Origin: Amoebophrya sp. A120
Lineage: Eukaryota; Protista; Dinoflagellata
Reading direction: 5' to 3'
Length of the DNA stretch: 64,000 nucleotides
NCBI GenBank assembly: GCA_905178155.1
Contig: CAJINV010000004.1
Span: forward strand, 3,245,035-3,309,034
Shown one piece after another: positions 11,801 to 23,065 of this stretch. Numbering within the stretch: the first letter of the stretch is position 1; every line of letters starts with the position of its first letter. Both the position numbers and the translations under genes were made by a program. Under the pieces are notes generated by a model, which was not told the origin of the DNA, did no database searches, and was given only the letters and a program-made list of their open reading frames with translations.

Positions 11801-13549
11801 TGCATTTGGCCAGCAAAGACGTGCTGGATGAAGAACTACCTCCGGGTCCAGTAGATGCAGCGGATCCAATAGAAGAACCAGCGTTCATGATCCGGCTGCC
11901 CCCAAGACCAGCATTCGTTGACAAGCCACCTGCGGAAATCTTCGTGGCAGCTGAAAACTCCTCCTGCGCCACGATCGCACTACTTGCAGGAGGAACTTGT
12001 CCGCCGTTCGGGTTCTTTGAGACAGGCAAGGAGGATGTTGAGATATTATGATCGTCCGCAGGCGGCGGGACCGGGGGACTTGGAGGTTCTTGCAAGTACA
12101 TGCCGTACACCTGAATTACCAGGGGGATTTTGTACGTCTGTCCTGCGCCGCTTGGAACCTCCCCCTCCGCACGTACGATCGGAAGGTGAAGGTGGAGCTC
12201 CGTTTCCGAGTCGTCTTGCTCACCTGCAAACACGCGCGGAGATCCCTGCAACTGCATGTTGGCACCAGTAACATGATTATAGTTAGCACGAAATCCATAT
12301 CCAGAAGACGGGTCCTCGACGTTGAAAGCTAGTGCAGCTCCACCCTCATCTGCGTTGCTCGGGGTCGCCAATGCGACCAAATCCGCGAAAAGCGGTGCAA
12401 TTTCCTTGGCCATCCAGCCAATCTGCTGCCCGCGGTCGTTACACACCTTGCACTTGCGACCCTCAATGCGCAGTTCCACCCGCTGCCGGTTGTCCACGGT
12501 GCCTTCGTTGTGCGCCACGCCAACAATGTGCGTGGTATCCCAGGAAAAAAGTGTTTACATTTGAGTACACTTTGTGTTGCAGGACCAGCAAGACAGACAA
12601 CCTGTGTCATGCACGAAATGCCTGCGAGCATCCTTCCAGAGTCAGAGGATGTGTGTTTACTTAAAATCTTTCATATTGCACGTTTTCTCCATCAACATCC
12701 AGAGCAAGTTTGTGTCGCTGAAGCTGCATTAGGTGTGTAACTGTATTATGCTTTTTTCTTGGGTTACGTGGTGATCTGCGCGTACCAACGCTCGTTGGGC
12801 TCGTCTATCTCTATGGGAGGTTGTTCTAGGAGCCGGCCCGGGATATCGACGAGACGCTGCGATTCATTTGTGGTCGGATCGCGGTCGCGCTGCTGTTGGT
12901 GTTGCTGCTCTCCTCCCGTTTTCATATAATTCGCAGTTCCTGTAAAAGCGCCACTGGCAGTCGCCTTGGCGGCCGAACTGCAGCTCGAGGTGGTGGTCGC
13001 ACTACGTTGGCCCGCATTTTTCGTGGCCGGCTGAACCTGAAACCAGGAATCAAATGAGAATGCGCCGGACCCTGCTGCAGATTTTGATATGTTGGAAGAC
13101 GAGGAGCTAATAGTTGTAGCAGCAGCGGTTTTCTTCGTGTTTTCCATAGGTGGTGGCGGTCCACGGCCGGTTGCAGAAACAGAATCCTCCGCCGGGGCTG
13201 GTGCAGAAGTGCTAGCCACCACAGTTTTGATAGTTCCACCACTGCTACCTGTACCTACAACTGCCTGCTGTCGTGCAGCTGGTGGCTCCCCAATTAAAGA
13301 ATTGGAAAGAGCGGTCGCACGCGAAGACCTCCGCAGCTGCGCATTGACCTCCACCCCACCGCTGGTGACCAGCGAGTTCTTCCCTGATGACGCCGGCGCC
13401 TGCCCGAAGGATGTGTTCAGCGCGGAAATCACGTTCGCAGCGGACAACGCCGCGGAGGAACGTCGGGTAGGCGGAGCAGGGCGGTTTTTTTCGCCTTCCT
13501 CGTCGGAAGAGGAGGACAACTCAATCACCTCGTTCGTACTGGTGTTCAT
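5832..13549 (-). CDS. RAD5/HLTF-like SWI2/SNF2 helicase with HIRAN-like domain and RING finger; 11 exons
   Basis: After removing 10 introners the frame is continuous: HIVGVAHNEG (HIRAN-like), [98 protein letters not shown]. Confidence 0.92.
6058..6336. mobile_element. introner, family G (279 bp)
   Basis: TIR TATCCTGAGTTAAAACGTCCCCACCCCA; TSD TGCTT; frame restored (MQES|KQSLL). Confidence 0.9.
6472..6745. mobile_element. introner, family A (274 bp)
   Basis: TIR with (GT)CTGGGTCTGGA core; TSD CCACC; restores [12 protein letters not shown]. Confidence 0.9.
6822..6987. mobile_element. introner, family B (166 bp)
   Basis: TSD AGCAA; restores VLLC|SLACAGVG. Confidence 0.9.
7727..7968. mobile_element. 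introner, family C (242 bp)
   Basis: TSD GTCCC; opposite orientation to the 3371 copy; restores ADGT|DCSVC. Confidence 0.92.
8507..8774. mobile_element. introner, family A (268 bp)
   Basis: TSD CGTGA/CTTGA (1 mismatch); frame restored. Confidence 0.88.
8853..9114. mobile_element. introner, family A (262 bp)
   Basis: TIR TATCAAATGTAAAAATGTCTGGGTCTGGAAG; TSD CTACC; frame restored. Confidence 0.92.
9424..9567. mobile_element. introner, family B (144 bp)
   Basis: TIR TATGCACTGCAAAAGTGTCGTACTCGTAT; TSD CCAGT; restores AFLEL|EPF. Confidence 0.92.
10445..10758. mobile_element. introner, family D (314 bp)
   Basis: TSD GCGGT; restores FQNTA|TLARF. Confidence 0.92.
10981..11098. mobile_element. introner, family F (118 bp, shortened; left end CA)
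   Basis: CATCCACAGAAAAA../..TTTTTTCCTGGATA; TSD AGAGG; frame restored. Confidence 0.85.
12536..12766. mobile_element. introner, family F (231 bp)
   Basis: TATCCCAGGAAAAAA../..TTTTTTCTTGGGTTA; TSD CGTGG; restores QITT|HIVGV. Confidence 0.88.
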
Positions 13550-14332
13550 ACTTTTTTAGTTGGAGGCGAAAGATTCATTTAAATTTGAAGCGGGATTTTC
13601 GCTGTTTCCGGGGAAACTAGTCAGAGAAACACGAAGCAGGGATCATTCGAAGAACTCTATTGAGAACCCGCTCGGAAGGACACAGAGTTGCCGTACACTG
13701 GAAAAAAGCATGATCGTTCGGCACTAATAAAACGAGCTTGTTTGGCTTTGCTTGGATCTAATAGACGGTCCAGATCTTCGTCCTGGGTGTCGCGTTCACT
13801 GGAAATTAAACGAAACCGCATGCCCTTCCTCTACTACTAGTTCCAATCTAGTATATCCAAAATGACATACACGATAGCGATACAGGAGTGACGAACAGCA
13901 GTAAGTAGACTCAGTTATCCATGAGTAAGTAGCAGCGCATCTTTGACATGATTTGCTAGCTTGTCCACGCCTTAGTCCTGTGATCATCCACACGAGATCA
14001 TCTTCCTGCGAGATCTTTATACGGATAGAACGACAGCAAAAACAGCAGCAAGCACAACTTCATCGTCGAAGCCAACGCAACAAGGAATTATAAATATGAT
14101 CAAAATCGTGCTGCTCCTGCTTCGCTCCTTGTACGCATGTTCTACTTCGCAGTGGTCTTTCTGCGGCTGGAAGGAACAATTTCGACGCGGCCCGCGCGCT
14201 CTCACTAGGGAGGGTCATACATGATGATGATATATTAGATCACGGGATGACGACGATTACTTTTTATGTCCGCAGAAGCTACTACAGAAGCGACCTTCTT
14301 CTTCTTCACCACATCCTCGTCATTCTGTAGCG

Positions 14333-16580
14333 TTAGCACGCATACATGATCTGCTCATTCTCACCGACCATCTCTAACAAATTCCCAAATTTCCGACACA
14401 TCTCTTCCACAGCGGTTACCAGCCAAACCTCCCGAAAGCCCTGTTGCACGAGCAGATCCGCGACACCGGCGCCCGCCGCGTCGGTGTCATGCGCAACGAG
14501 CACGAGGGGAAGCTCCCAATCATTCGCGGTGTGGTGCCACTGCCGGGATCGCAAGTCGATGAGCCAGTTGGGGAACTGGCCCCGGTAAAGCGCGGCGTCC
14601 GAGAGGACAAAGGAACCACGGATTCTGGTCGTGGTTGGGCTTGGGGGTTTCTTCAGTCCTGCTGGTGGAGATGAAGTGCTGGAAGTTGTCGTTTTCTTGC
14701 TCCTTTGATGGTCAAAACTGTTGTAATGATCTGCTGCCTGCTCCGGTGGTGAAATAGATGACGCGCGGCAATCCAGGAAAAACACCTCCTGTTGGAAGAA
14801 GAAATGCGGATGCGCAGGCTCCTGTATTGGATGTGTCTGTCTCTGTGCCTGTGGCCCCTGTTGCTGTCCGAATACTAAATGACCCGGCGGACACAAAACA
14901 TCGCCGTTGATTTGTCCTTCTCCGTGACTCCCTTCGCCACCCGGATGATGTCGCCTCTCTTCCACGCGGGCGGTGGCTTCAAGTTCATTTTTAGCTGCTT
15001 CTTGCTTCGTACCTTTCGTCCCAAACAGAATCCGTTTCAATTGTCCCGAAATGGCAGCTGCACCGGTGTACCTGTGCGCAAGCTTGTTGACAAGAGGATT
15101 TTTGTTTTTCGTTTTCGACGTTTCTGAGGAAGATTGACCACGGCGCGGCGAGTTTTCTTCTTTCGCAGTCGTACCGCTCGTTGGAGATGATGCTCCGCGC
15201 AGCGAATTCTGAAAGTGGTGGATCGGAAGGCCCCAATCCTGCTTCTGTGGTTGCTTTTTTTCCTGTTCCTTTTCGGAGGATGATTTTATTTTCGTGCTTT
15301 TCTTGCCAGTTATGCCAGCTGCACAATGATCAATATCCGCATCAAATTTTGGCTGCGAATGCGAGGAGACCTCCGCTTCTTGGTGCATCTTCACGTGATC
15401 GTCAGCAGCATGATTCACTCGTCCTACAAGTTTCCTGTGCACTTCCGCCTGCAGCCGTGCGATTCTTGCCGCCAACATCTCCTTCCTGGATGTAGTAGTG
15501 GCTGTGGAGGGATTTTTACTCGAAATGGCCGCCCTGCTGTTCATGTTCGACGGCGATGCCATCGCAACCATGATCTCCCTAAGACCACCTCCGTGCACTC
15601 CCTCTAACAGACAGAGCTGCAGACTCAGCAATTGCCCCGCGGTGTCCGCCTTCATGCGCGAAAACAACTCGCTCTTTTATCAAGTGCAAAAGTATATATC
15701 GCATTCGCTTTCGCACTCGTCTCGTAGTAATTGCAGCCATGCATTACAAATGTTTTTCTTGTTCTTAAGCCAAATCCGCATTACAAATTTTTTCTCATGC
15801 TGTAATGCATTTATACGAGTACGATACAACTTTTGCACAGCATATCTTTCGCGCGGCGAGGACACGATTGGATGGGGACGGCGAGGTCGGCGATGTACGT
15901 CTACCACTAGAACCTCCAGGGCTCAGAGCTGTACCATGACCGGCAGGATAATCATGATGTGGAGATTTAAATCTCGCAGACGGAGATGTGCAGGAAATTG
16001 AGGCTGACCCAGAGACCAGCAAAGGCAAGAAATAGCCCCCGTCCGTCTCGACAACATCCTTCCCGCCTTCTCCGGCAGCGGCCCGCCGCTTGCTGAAGGC
16101 CGTCGGAGAGCGAGTCGTCCGGGTGGCGCCCGCACCGCTAGCTATCCTGTGCAAAACTATCGTACTGTGATCCTGATCGCAGTTGTGCATTACAAATCTA
16201 CTTGTCAAGGTAAGTCAGCATATACAAATTTAATCTGTAATGCTAGAGCCAATTTGTATTGCGATTTATACTACTAGTACGATACTTCTTTTGCAATGCA
16301 TACCAGCGGGCTGGAACCAGTTCGCCGGGTCGTGTAGCCGCTCGAGCACCCGCGACGGAACCGCTTCGTAGTCCGGATTCTTTTCCCCCGGCAACGGCTT
16401 CACCGGCATGTCTAGGCCGTCTGGCGGTCGGAGCTTGTGCCGCGCGGGCATCGGGAGCGGCACATTCTGCCACGCGGGTCTGTCCCTGATATCGTTGTTT
16501 GTTCTTATATTCCGCCTGGAGGACGGCGACGGAGAACCGGATTTATGTCCTGTTCGTGGGCTGGGGCTGCTCGAGGTCAT
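14333..16580 (-). CDS. CEP41: CEP41-like centrosomal/ciliary protein with rhodanese-like domain; 3 exons
   Basis: KNPDYEAVPSR and KSELFSRMKADTAGQLL resemble CEP41 N-terminal motifs; C-terminal rhodanese-like FFLDCR..LVQQGFREVWLV..KF; two introners removed in frame. Confidence 0.65.
15678..15844. mobile_element. introner, family B (167 bp)
   Basis: TSD TCTTT; restores LAARK|SELFSR. Confidence 0.9.
16143..16302. mobile_element. introner, family B (160 bp)
   Basis: TSD CTAGC/CCAGC (1 mismatch); frame restored. Confidence 0.87.
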
Positions 16581-17243
16581 TCTTGAGTAAAGCGAACAGG
16601 TCCGCGTGGACACACTTCGTCAGCGAATGGTTCTACTTGCGGTTTCTTGTAGTTTCCGAAAAAAATGTGCACTGTGTCCTTGTGTTGGTGGTTCACCACA
16701 ATGTAGCTTCCACTCTAGGTGTTCTTGTTTATCGCAGTGTATGAAGATGATGTTTTCCTCCCGGAACAAAAACCATGACCGAGTTGTCAACTTCTGCAAC
16801 GAACTACGAGGTCGACGTGGTTCTGCCCAGGAGCGTACCAGCCTGCATAAAAGAAGTACGAAGGAAGCGCCCAAGAATCCGACCCGAGACAAAAAACGAG
16901 ACGCGACAGGAGCCCTGATCCCTTCTCATGAATGTTGACGAAGCAGCAGAGTTTGAGGACAGACGCCGAATGATCCCGAAGATTAAGAAGAAGTAGAAGC
17001 AGCTTTCTTATTCTCATTGAAGACAGTTTCATCGTTGTCCAGAGCAAGAGCTGTTGCTGTTGTCCTTCTGAGCTTATCAACTTCAACTCCTCCTTCCATA
17101 TGCTTTTGTCCTCTTCGACGGACGGACACAGCAGGAACGCCCTCGTCGCCGCACGGCTTGGTCAGGACCTTTTCTTCATGCCCTCGCTCTCCTCGCTGTT
17201 CATCTTCTGTAGCATGATCGTCTCCATCCTTTTATGTTCTTCC

Positions 17244-20200
17244 CTACATAAACTCTCGCATGGCGTTCCGCACCGGGGCCACGAGCAGGTCCCACAACGC
17301 GCACATGTAGCTCTTCCCAAGGTACTGTCCGGTCTTCGGGTCCATCTGGTCCATACGAAACGCCGTTTTCTCCCCATTCCACTGCAAGACGAAGGTTTGG
17401 CTGTCCAGATTATCCATATGCAAATGTGTGTGGGACTGGAAAGACCATGCAAGGACAAGGTAGTTGTGCTGCTAATCAACAAGGAGCACACATCTAAACT
17501 TGATGCATGAGCACCGATTACTGTTGCCCGCTTTTACTTGTGACGGAAAAAGTAAAGGCGAATTTCTCAACATGCGGCAAAGAAATTGGAAAGCTAAAGC
17601 ATTCGCAAAACTAAAAATTGCATGTAAAAATGCTCTTGTCCGCAGTCCAGCTCCAGACCTTCTATGTTGTCCTTGTCGTCCAGAAGTTGCATGGCAACCA
17701 GTTCTACATTGCATGCTTCCCGACCCAGACATATTCGCATTTGGTACAGATCTGGTGGAAACAGGATGACCGATATGGCGTTCTCAAGTGTTACATTCTC
17801 AACTGTTACATGATTTGTCATGCACAACGAACCTCAACGTCCACAATAAAATGAAGCTACTTCGCATCACAAATTTTGGAAGGGCTAAACAGGATAAGAA
17901 TCTGTGCCGAATTTGTAATGCAAGAGTTGCAAGATCCGGCCTTTCCCTGTTGCCATTCTTGCATCACGAATTCATGTAACAGGTGAGAATGTAACGATTG
18001 AGAATCCCATAACCGGTTGGTAGACGTTATCGTCACTCAAAACGCCGTGTTCAATGTACTTCGCCATCGCGTGGATCGGCTTCAAGCTGGGCAGTGTGCA
18101 GCTGACAGAATTGTCCGGGTACATATCAACGCGCAAATTGAAATGTGTTGGCCCGGAAAAAGATAAACTTGTCATGCTTGTCAGGCACCACATCTGGAAA
18201 ATCCGCATTCCATAGTACCGGACAAAGGCAAAGTTGTATGGCGGCCTCTTTCGTCATACAAAAACGCAATTTGTCATGTACACTACGTGATGCAGCAATA
18301 GAGCACAGCTCGAAAAATTCGTCATGCTTGGCTGCCCTTCAGTAAAGTGATACTCACTTCCGTCAGTCATATTAGACACTTACGCATCACAGCTTTGACG
18401 TTTCCTTTTCTAGACTCAGACACATCATTTCCAAAAATGCGTAGTACAACCACAACTGCGACTGGATGTTGATCAACGCCTTGGAATTTCCCAGAAACTC
18501 GCTATCCAGAAACGCGTACACGCGGACGCTACCCGGCGGTGTGTTGTCCGCCACGACCGGCGCGAAAGAATACAAAGAACCTGTTTTACGGTGGTCCGCT
18601 GTGAGTCTTGTTGCGTCCTCTCCTGTCAGCCACACAGACTCCGGGAGGGAGAAGTAGCTCTCCGTGTTGACATCTTCAGGGGACGATGATGATGATGATG
18701 ATGACGAACCAAGTTCAACATCTAGAACAAGTGCTGCTTCACTTGCAGCTTCTACCGCTGTTGGCCGCTGCTGATCTTCTTCTTTGTCCCCAGCAACGGA
18801 ACTGGGGGTAGACGGGCCGGAGCTACTGGAGGTCCTGGACATCGTATCCGCACTATCTTCCGGTTCCGAAGGAGCTTTTTTCTCGGTGCTTGTATTTTTC
18901 TCGAAAACCCTGCACAAAACTCCCTCCGGCGCCGGAAACTGTGCGTTCCATTTCAGCACGGTCTCGCGCGGAATCATCTTCTCCGCTTATACAATGCAAA
19001 AGTGTCGTACTAGTATAAATTGCATTACAAATTCCCCCAGCATTACAAATTGAATTTGTGATGCTGATTTACTTTGAGAAAGAGATTTGTTATCCATAAA
19101 TGCAATTACTACGAGTACGATACTTTTGCACAGGATACCGCTAACACAGACACCATCGGCTCGATCTCGCTCGCGCGAAACAGGTCCGCCGCAGTCAGGT
19201 CACCGTCGAGCAGGGCTGGTTGCTCTTTCATGATCTGCTCAGCTGGAGAAGAAATTCGCGTCGTAGTACTACTAGAAGTACCATCTCCATCAGGAGGTGT
19301 TTCGGCGAACGCTGTTGACGTAGGAGTACTCGAAGATGACGCACCATGGAAAGCGCGTCGCAGCCGCTCGTCGGTGGCATAAAGATGATCTTGCTCGACG
19401 TCTTCCAAACCTCGTTCTTCTTGTGCCTCGCCGTTATTTGTCACCAACATCTTCTGTGCGGTATCAAAATTCGTAATATTCCTCTTCGCCAATCGAACGA
19501 GGTCTGCTGCAACGTCTTCTTCGAACCCAAACGACTCCACGAGATCCTCTTCCCGCTGCGCAAGGACCCACCCTCTCCGCCACCCGAGGTCGTAGCATGC
19601 GGAGAAGATATGAGAGTGCACAACTCCACCCCCTCCCCCTCATTTCTAATGCAAAATTCGAAATCCACCCTACTTTGCCGTTTGGCACTGCTTGCATGAC
19701 AGGTTCCCGACGCCGAAGCAGTACCAGCCTCGTCGGTCGTGAAGTTGTCATGCAAAAGCTGCATCTGTGCCAGCACTTGTGTTGCTGTGGATGCCATTCA
19801 AATGAGGGGGAGGGGGAGTTCGAGTTGTTGTTGACTCCCATAGAAGACGCCACTGTCCCAGAGTTCTTGCAAGACTTTCCGCACTATCAAATGTAAAAAT
19901 GTCTGGGTCTGGAAGAATGCAACTTGTGATGCTGCATTTGGATTCCAGAAAAATCTGTATTGCATGAGTACCAAAAGGAATGTAATTTTTGCTACGCGGA
20001 GACGGCATCTGTCATGCGGAATAGGCATCAAGAAGCTCTCAAAAAATCTGTGATGCTAGAGCATGCATCACAGACATCAGGGCTCATGCAAAACGTGCAT
20101 GACAAGTGTCAGAATCTTCCAGACCCAGACATTTTTACATTTGATACGCACCCCCGGCTCCAGCACGTCGTCGAACACAATCCAGGTAGGGGCCAGCTGC

Positions 20201-21684
20201 AGTGCGCGCTTGGCATCCAACCGCACGTAGTTTTCCTCGTGGTTTCCGTCGATCAGAATCAAGCCGAAGTTCTGCTGCTCCGCGGTGAACAGCGCGCCCC
20301 ACTCCGTCACAAGCGAATCCACGTGGAGGGTCAGGATACTAGGCGAAGATGGAGGTGGTGTTGGTCTACTACTAGAACTTCTTGTGCTGGTTTCATTTTC
20401 TTTTTCAGCAATCTTTATTGCATCATCTTCTGGATAAAGAACAGATGCTTTCTTGCTTCCCCCACTTTCTTCGCCGTGCAGGACGAGCATTTTCGCGGAA
20501 AAATCCTTCGCAGCGCGCAGGTGCTCCGCGTCGATGTCGAGAAGAACGAGTGCTGGTGGAGGCTGATTTACTTTCACTGCGTAATGACTATCAACATCAT
20601 GATCCTGTAGAAGTAATTCATCATCGTCCACTCTACTAGTATATCAAATGTAAAAATGTCTGGGTCTGGAAGATTGCGAGATTTGTCATGCTGATCTGGC
20701 ACGGCCCTTAAATCTGTGTTGCGTGGCCACAAACAGCCTCTCTCGCCTGTCATGCAAAAACGCAGTTTCTCGTGCGGAATACGCAGCACAGAAGCACGAA
20801 GCAACTTGTCATGCTTGGGGGCGCATTACAGTGCATTTTTTATTGACTGACTTGCATCACAAGTTTCCAGACCCAGACATTTTTACATTTGATATAGTAC
20901 CCAGCATTCTCCTTCCGAGCGCCTGCGCCAACACGGCGGACGTGTGCCCTTTGTGGCAGCCGAGTTCCAGGACGTGCCTGTTCCCACGCGGGAAAAACTT
21001 GGACTGCAGAAACCAAAACAGCTCGTGCTTGAACCTGCGCGAGGTGGTTTATCAAATGCAAATGCGTCTGGGTCATCTGGGAAGTTGCGACGAGATTTGT
21101 CATGCTAGTCTGGCATCACAACTCTGAACTCTGTGTTGCGTCACCGCAAAGAGCTCCTCTTGCCTGGCATGCAAAAACGCAGTTTATTCTCATGCGGAGT
21201 ACGCAACTCAGAACCACGGAAAAACTTGTCATGCTTGACAGCGCATTACAGTGTGCTGACTATTCCACTCCTTGCATCACAAGTTTCCAGACCCAGACAG
21301 ATTTGCACTTCACATGGTTGGGTGGTGAGCGATTTTGTCCGGCAGGAGTACGTCGATAATCTCCTTCAAACGTTGAGACGAGGTGGAGGGCAGCGCTTCA
21401 GGGCGTTGGGCTTGGGCTTCGGATTGCTCTCGCTCTCCTCGTCCTTCGTATAGTTCTTCTGGGGCGCTGTTTTGGAGGACGTTTGTAGATGAAGTCTTCG
21501 ATCTTTCCGGGAAGACCAGGGGGGCGGGACTTCTTGTTAAACTCGGGGCTCCTGCTCCGCACAACTCGACGACCGGCTGCAGGAGTGAGAGGATGGGTAG
21601 GAACCTCAAGAACATGGCAACTCTTGCTGTGACAAAAAAAGGACTCGTCATCTTCGCAGAAGAGGAGCTCTGGCCGCGAACCAT
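17244..21684 (-). CDS. class I SAM-dependent methyltransferase (Methyltransf_24-like) with N-terminal signal/anchor and unknown C-terminal region; 9 exons
   Basis: Reconstructed VLELGCHKGHTSAVLA (motif I) and FGLILIDGNHEENYVRLD..WIVFDDV; 8 introners removed in frame down to TAG at 17244-17246. Confidence 0.75.
17411..17746. mobile_element. introner, family A-like, degenerate (336 bp)
   Basis: TSD CAGAT; frame restored (PPD|LDSQ). Confidence 0.8.
17774..18011. mobile_element. introner, family C (238 bp)
   Basis: TSD ACCGA/ACCGG; frame restored. Confidence 0.88.
18124..18443. mobile_element. introner, family A-like, strongly degenerate TIR (320 bp)
   Basis: TA ends; TSD GTACA; internal TGTCATG motifs; restores LWLY|PDNS. 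Confidence 0.75.
18988..19137. mobile_element. introner, family B (150 bp)
   Basis: TSD CCGCT; restores VLA|EKMIP. Confidence 0.9.
19609..19842. mobile_element. introner, family E (234 bp)
   Basis: TSD GAAGA; restores SGVF|SACYD. Confidence 0.87.
19885..20146. mobile_element. introner, family A (262 bp)
   Basis: Near-perfect TIR; TSD CGCAC; frame restored. Confidence 0.92.
20642..20894. mobile_element. introner, family A (253 bp)
   Basis: Near-perfect TIR; TSD TAGTA; frame restored. Confidence 0.92.
21050..21314. mobile_element. introner, family A (265 bp; right end CA)
   Basis: TSD TGGTT; restores HHPT|TSRRF. Confidence 0.87.
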
Positions 21685-23065
21685 ACCGAATCGAAGACGG
21701 TTTGTTTTCAGTTGGCTAGGTGCGGCGCGTGGTCATGCATCTACTTCTTTTCGTCGGAACTTTCCTCACATCTTTGTCCGCCATGTCCAAATGCTGGCTT
21801 CAGTCTGGCACCGAGACCATGATGCGGCCGAGACTTTTTCTCCTCGAGTTCTTGTTATGAATATGATCCCGCTGCTAATAAATTTCTTATACTTGAACAG
21901 AAAAGACCATGAAGATCGCGGGAGTTCTTGTAGTTCTGATTGAGTTCTAAGGAACATCGAAGATCCTGAGAAATCAACCCGGCTAAAGGGCGGGGTCCGT
22001 TCGCACGGCACTAAAGGAAGAGCGGAATCATCCTCGCAAGACGAAATATGCAGCAGTGGTGCGGATCGTTCTCGATAAAAGTTGCACTTGCACACCCTTC
22101 TGCCCAATTTTGTTGTACGAGGAGGAAATCCTTCTCCTTGTTGCAGTTTTTCTGATACCTAAAAAAAACACCATCAACTAATATCTCCATCGATGTTCTT
22201 AGTGAAGATCGCAGCGCTCCGCGGAGTTGCAGCCAGAAGTCTATGTTGATGTTCAACATCCGGATCCGCGGGCACGAGGAGTATCTGAGTACTAGTTTAA
22301 GTACTTACTTACTATCGTGCCTAGTGGTCCGACTAATACTATTCTCTCTCCACCTCATCCCCCGGTGGAGGGAAGTCGTTCCCGATCCCGGGCAGCCAGC
22401 TGGATGCATACCCGATTTTGCCGAAGAGTCTGTGGCAGCCCGACATGACGACCTTGCCCGATGTGCCCGGCTCAACTGGAACAACAATCACGACAAATAG
22501 ATTTACATCTAACCAGATGATGGAAAGCCGAAATTTGTGTTGCATCAAGGGCTTGTTTGCTCCCGCTTCGCATCGCAAATTTTGTGGGCATAATCTCAAA
22601 ACGGTTTGGAGGTGTGTCAGAGATTTGTCATGCTACACTCGTCTCTGATAGCTAACCACACCAGATCATCCACATTTTGCACATACAAATTGTTCCACTT
22701 GCCGCGATCATTGTTCGATCTGAGCAGGCCATACCCGAGTCCCACATTTCCAGGTCGGACTTCACACTTTTCTCGAGTTTCTATCAAAGTGCCGCAGCAC
22801 ATCAAGTCGCCCACTTGTTTCGATTTTCATTCCTCAACTTCTCATGCTAAATTGCAGCAACTCTGCCTGTTGTCCCCTTTTAGTGCAATTTCTTGTTGCG
22901 TGAGGACTTCTACTACGACCGACAGTCGAGGAATGTTCTTGAAGCTGAAATTGTTAATATGCAAAAGCTCCCAGTTAGTCTGCTTTTGTTTCTGTTGCTT
23001 TTATCTCTTTTTCGTGCCTAGCTATTTACGTACTGTGGGGGACTCCTTGAACTTCTTGTGCACTT

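Noticed and set aside
16138-16307. GT...AG reading of this and a few other introners
   Set aside because: The GT and AG arise by chance from TSD bases next to the terminal TA, and using them shifts the frame.
22480-22700. Lone TTTGTCATGC motif as an intergenic introner
   Set aside because: No matching TIR pair or TSD found.
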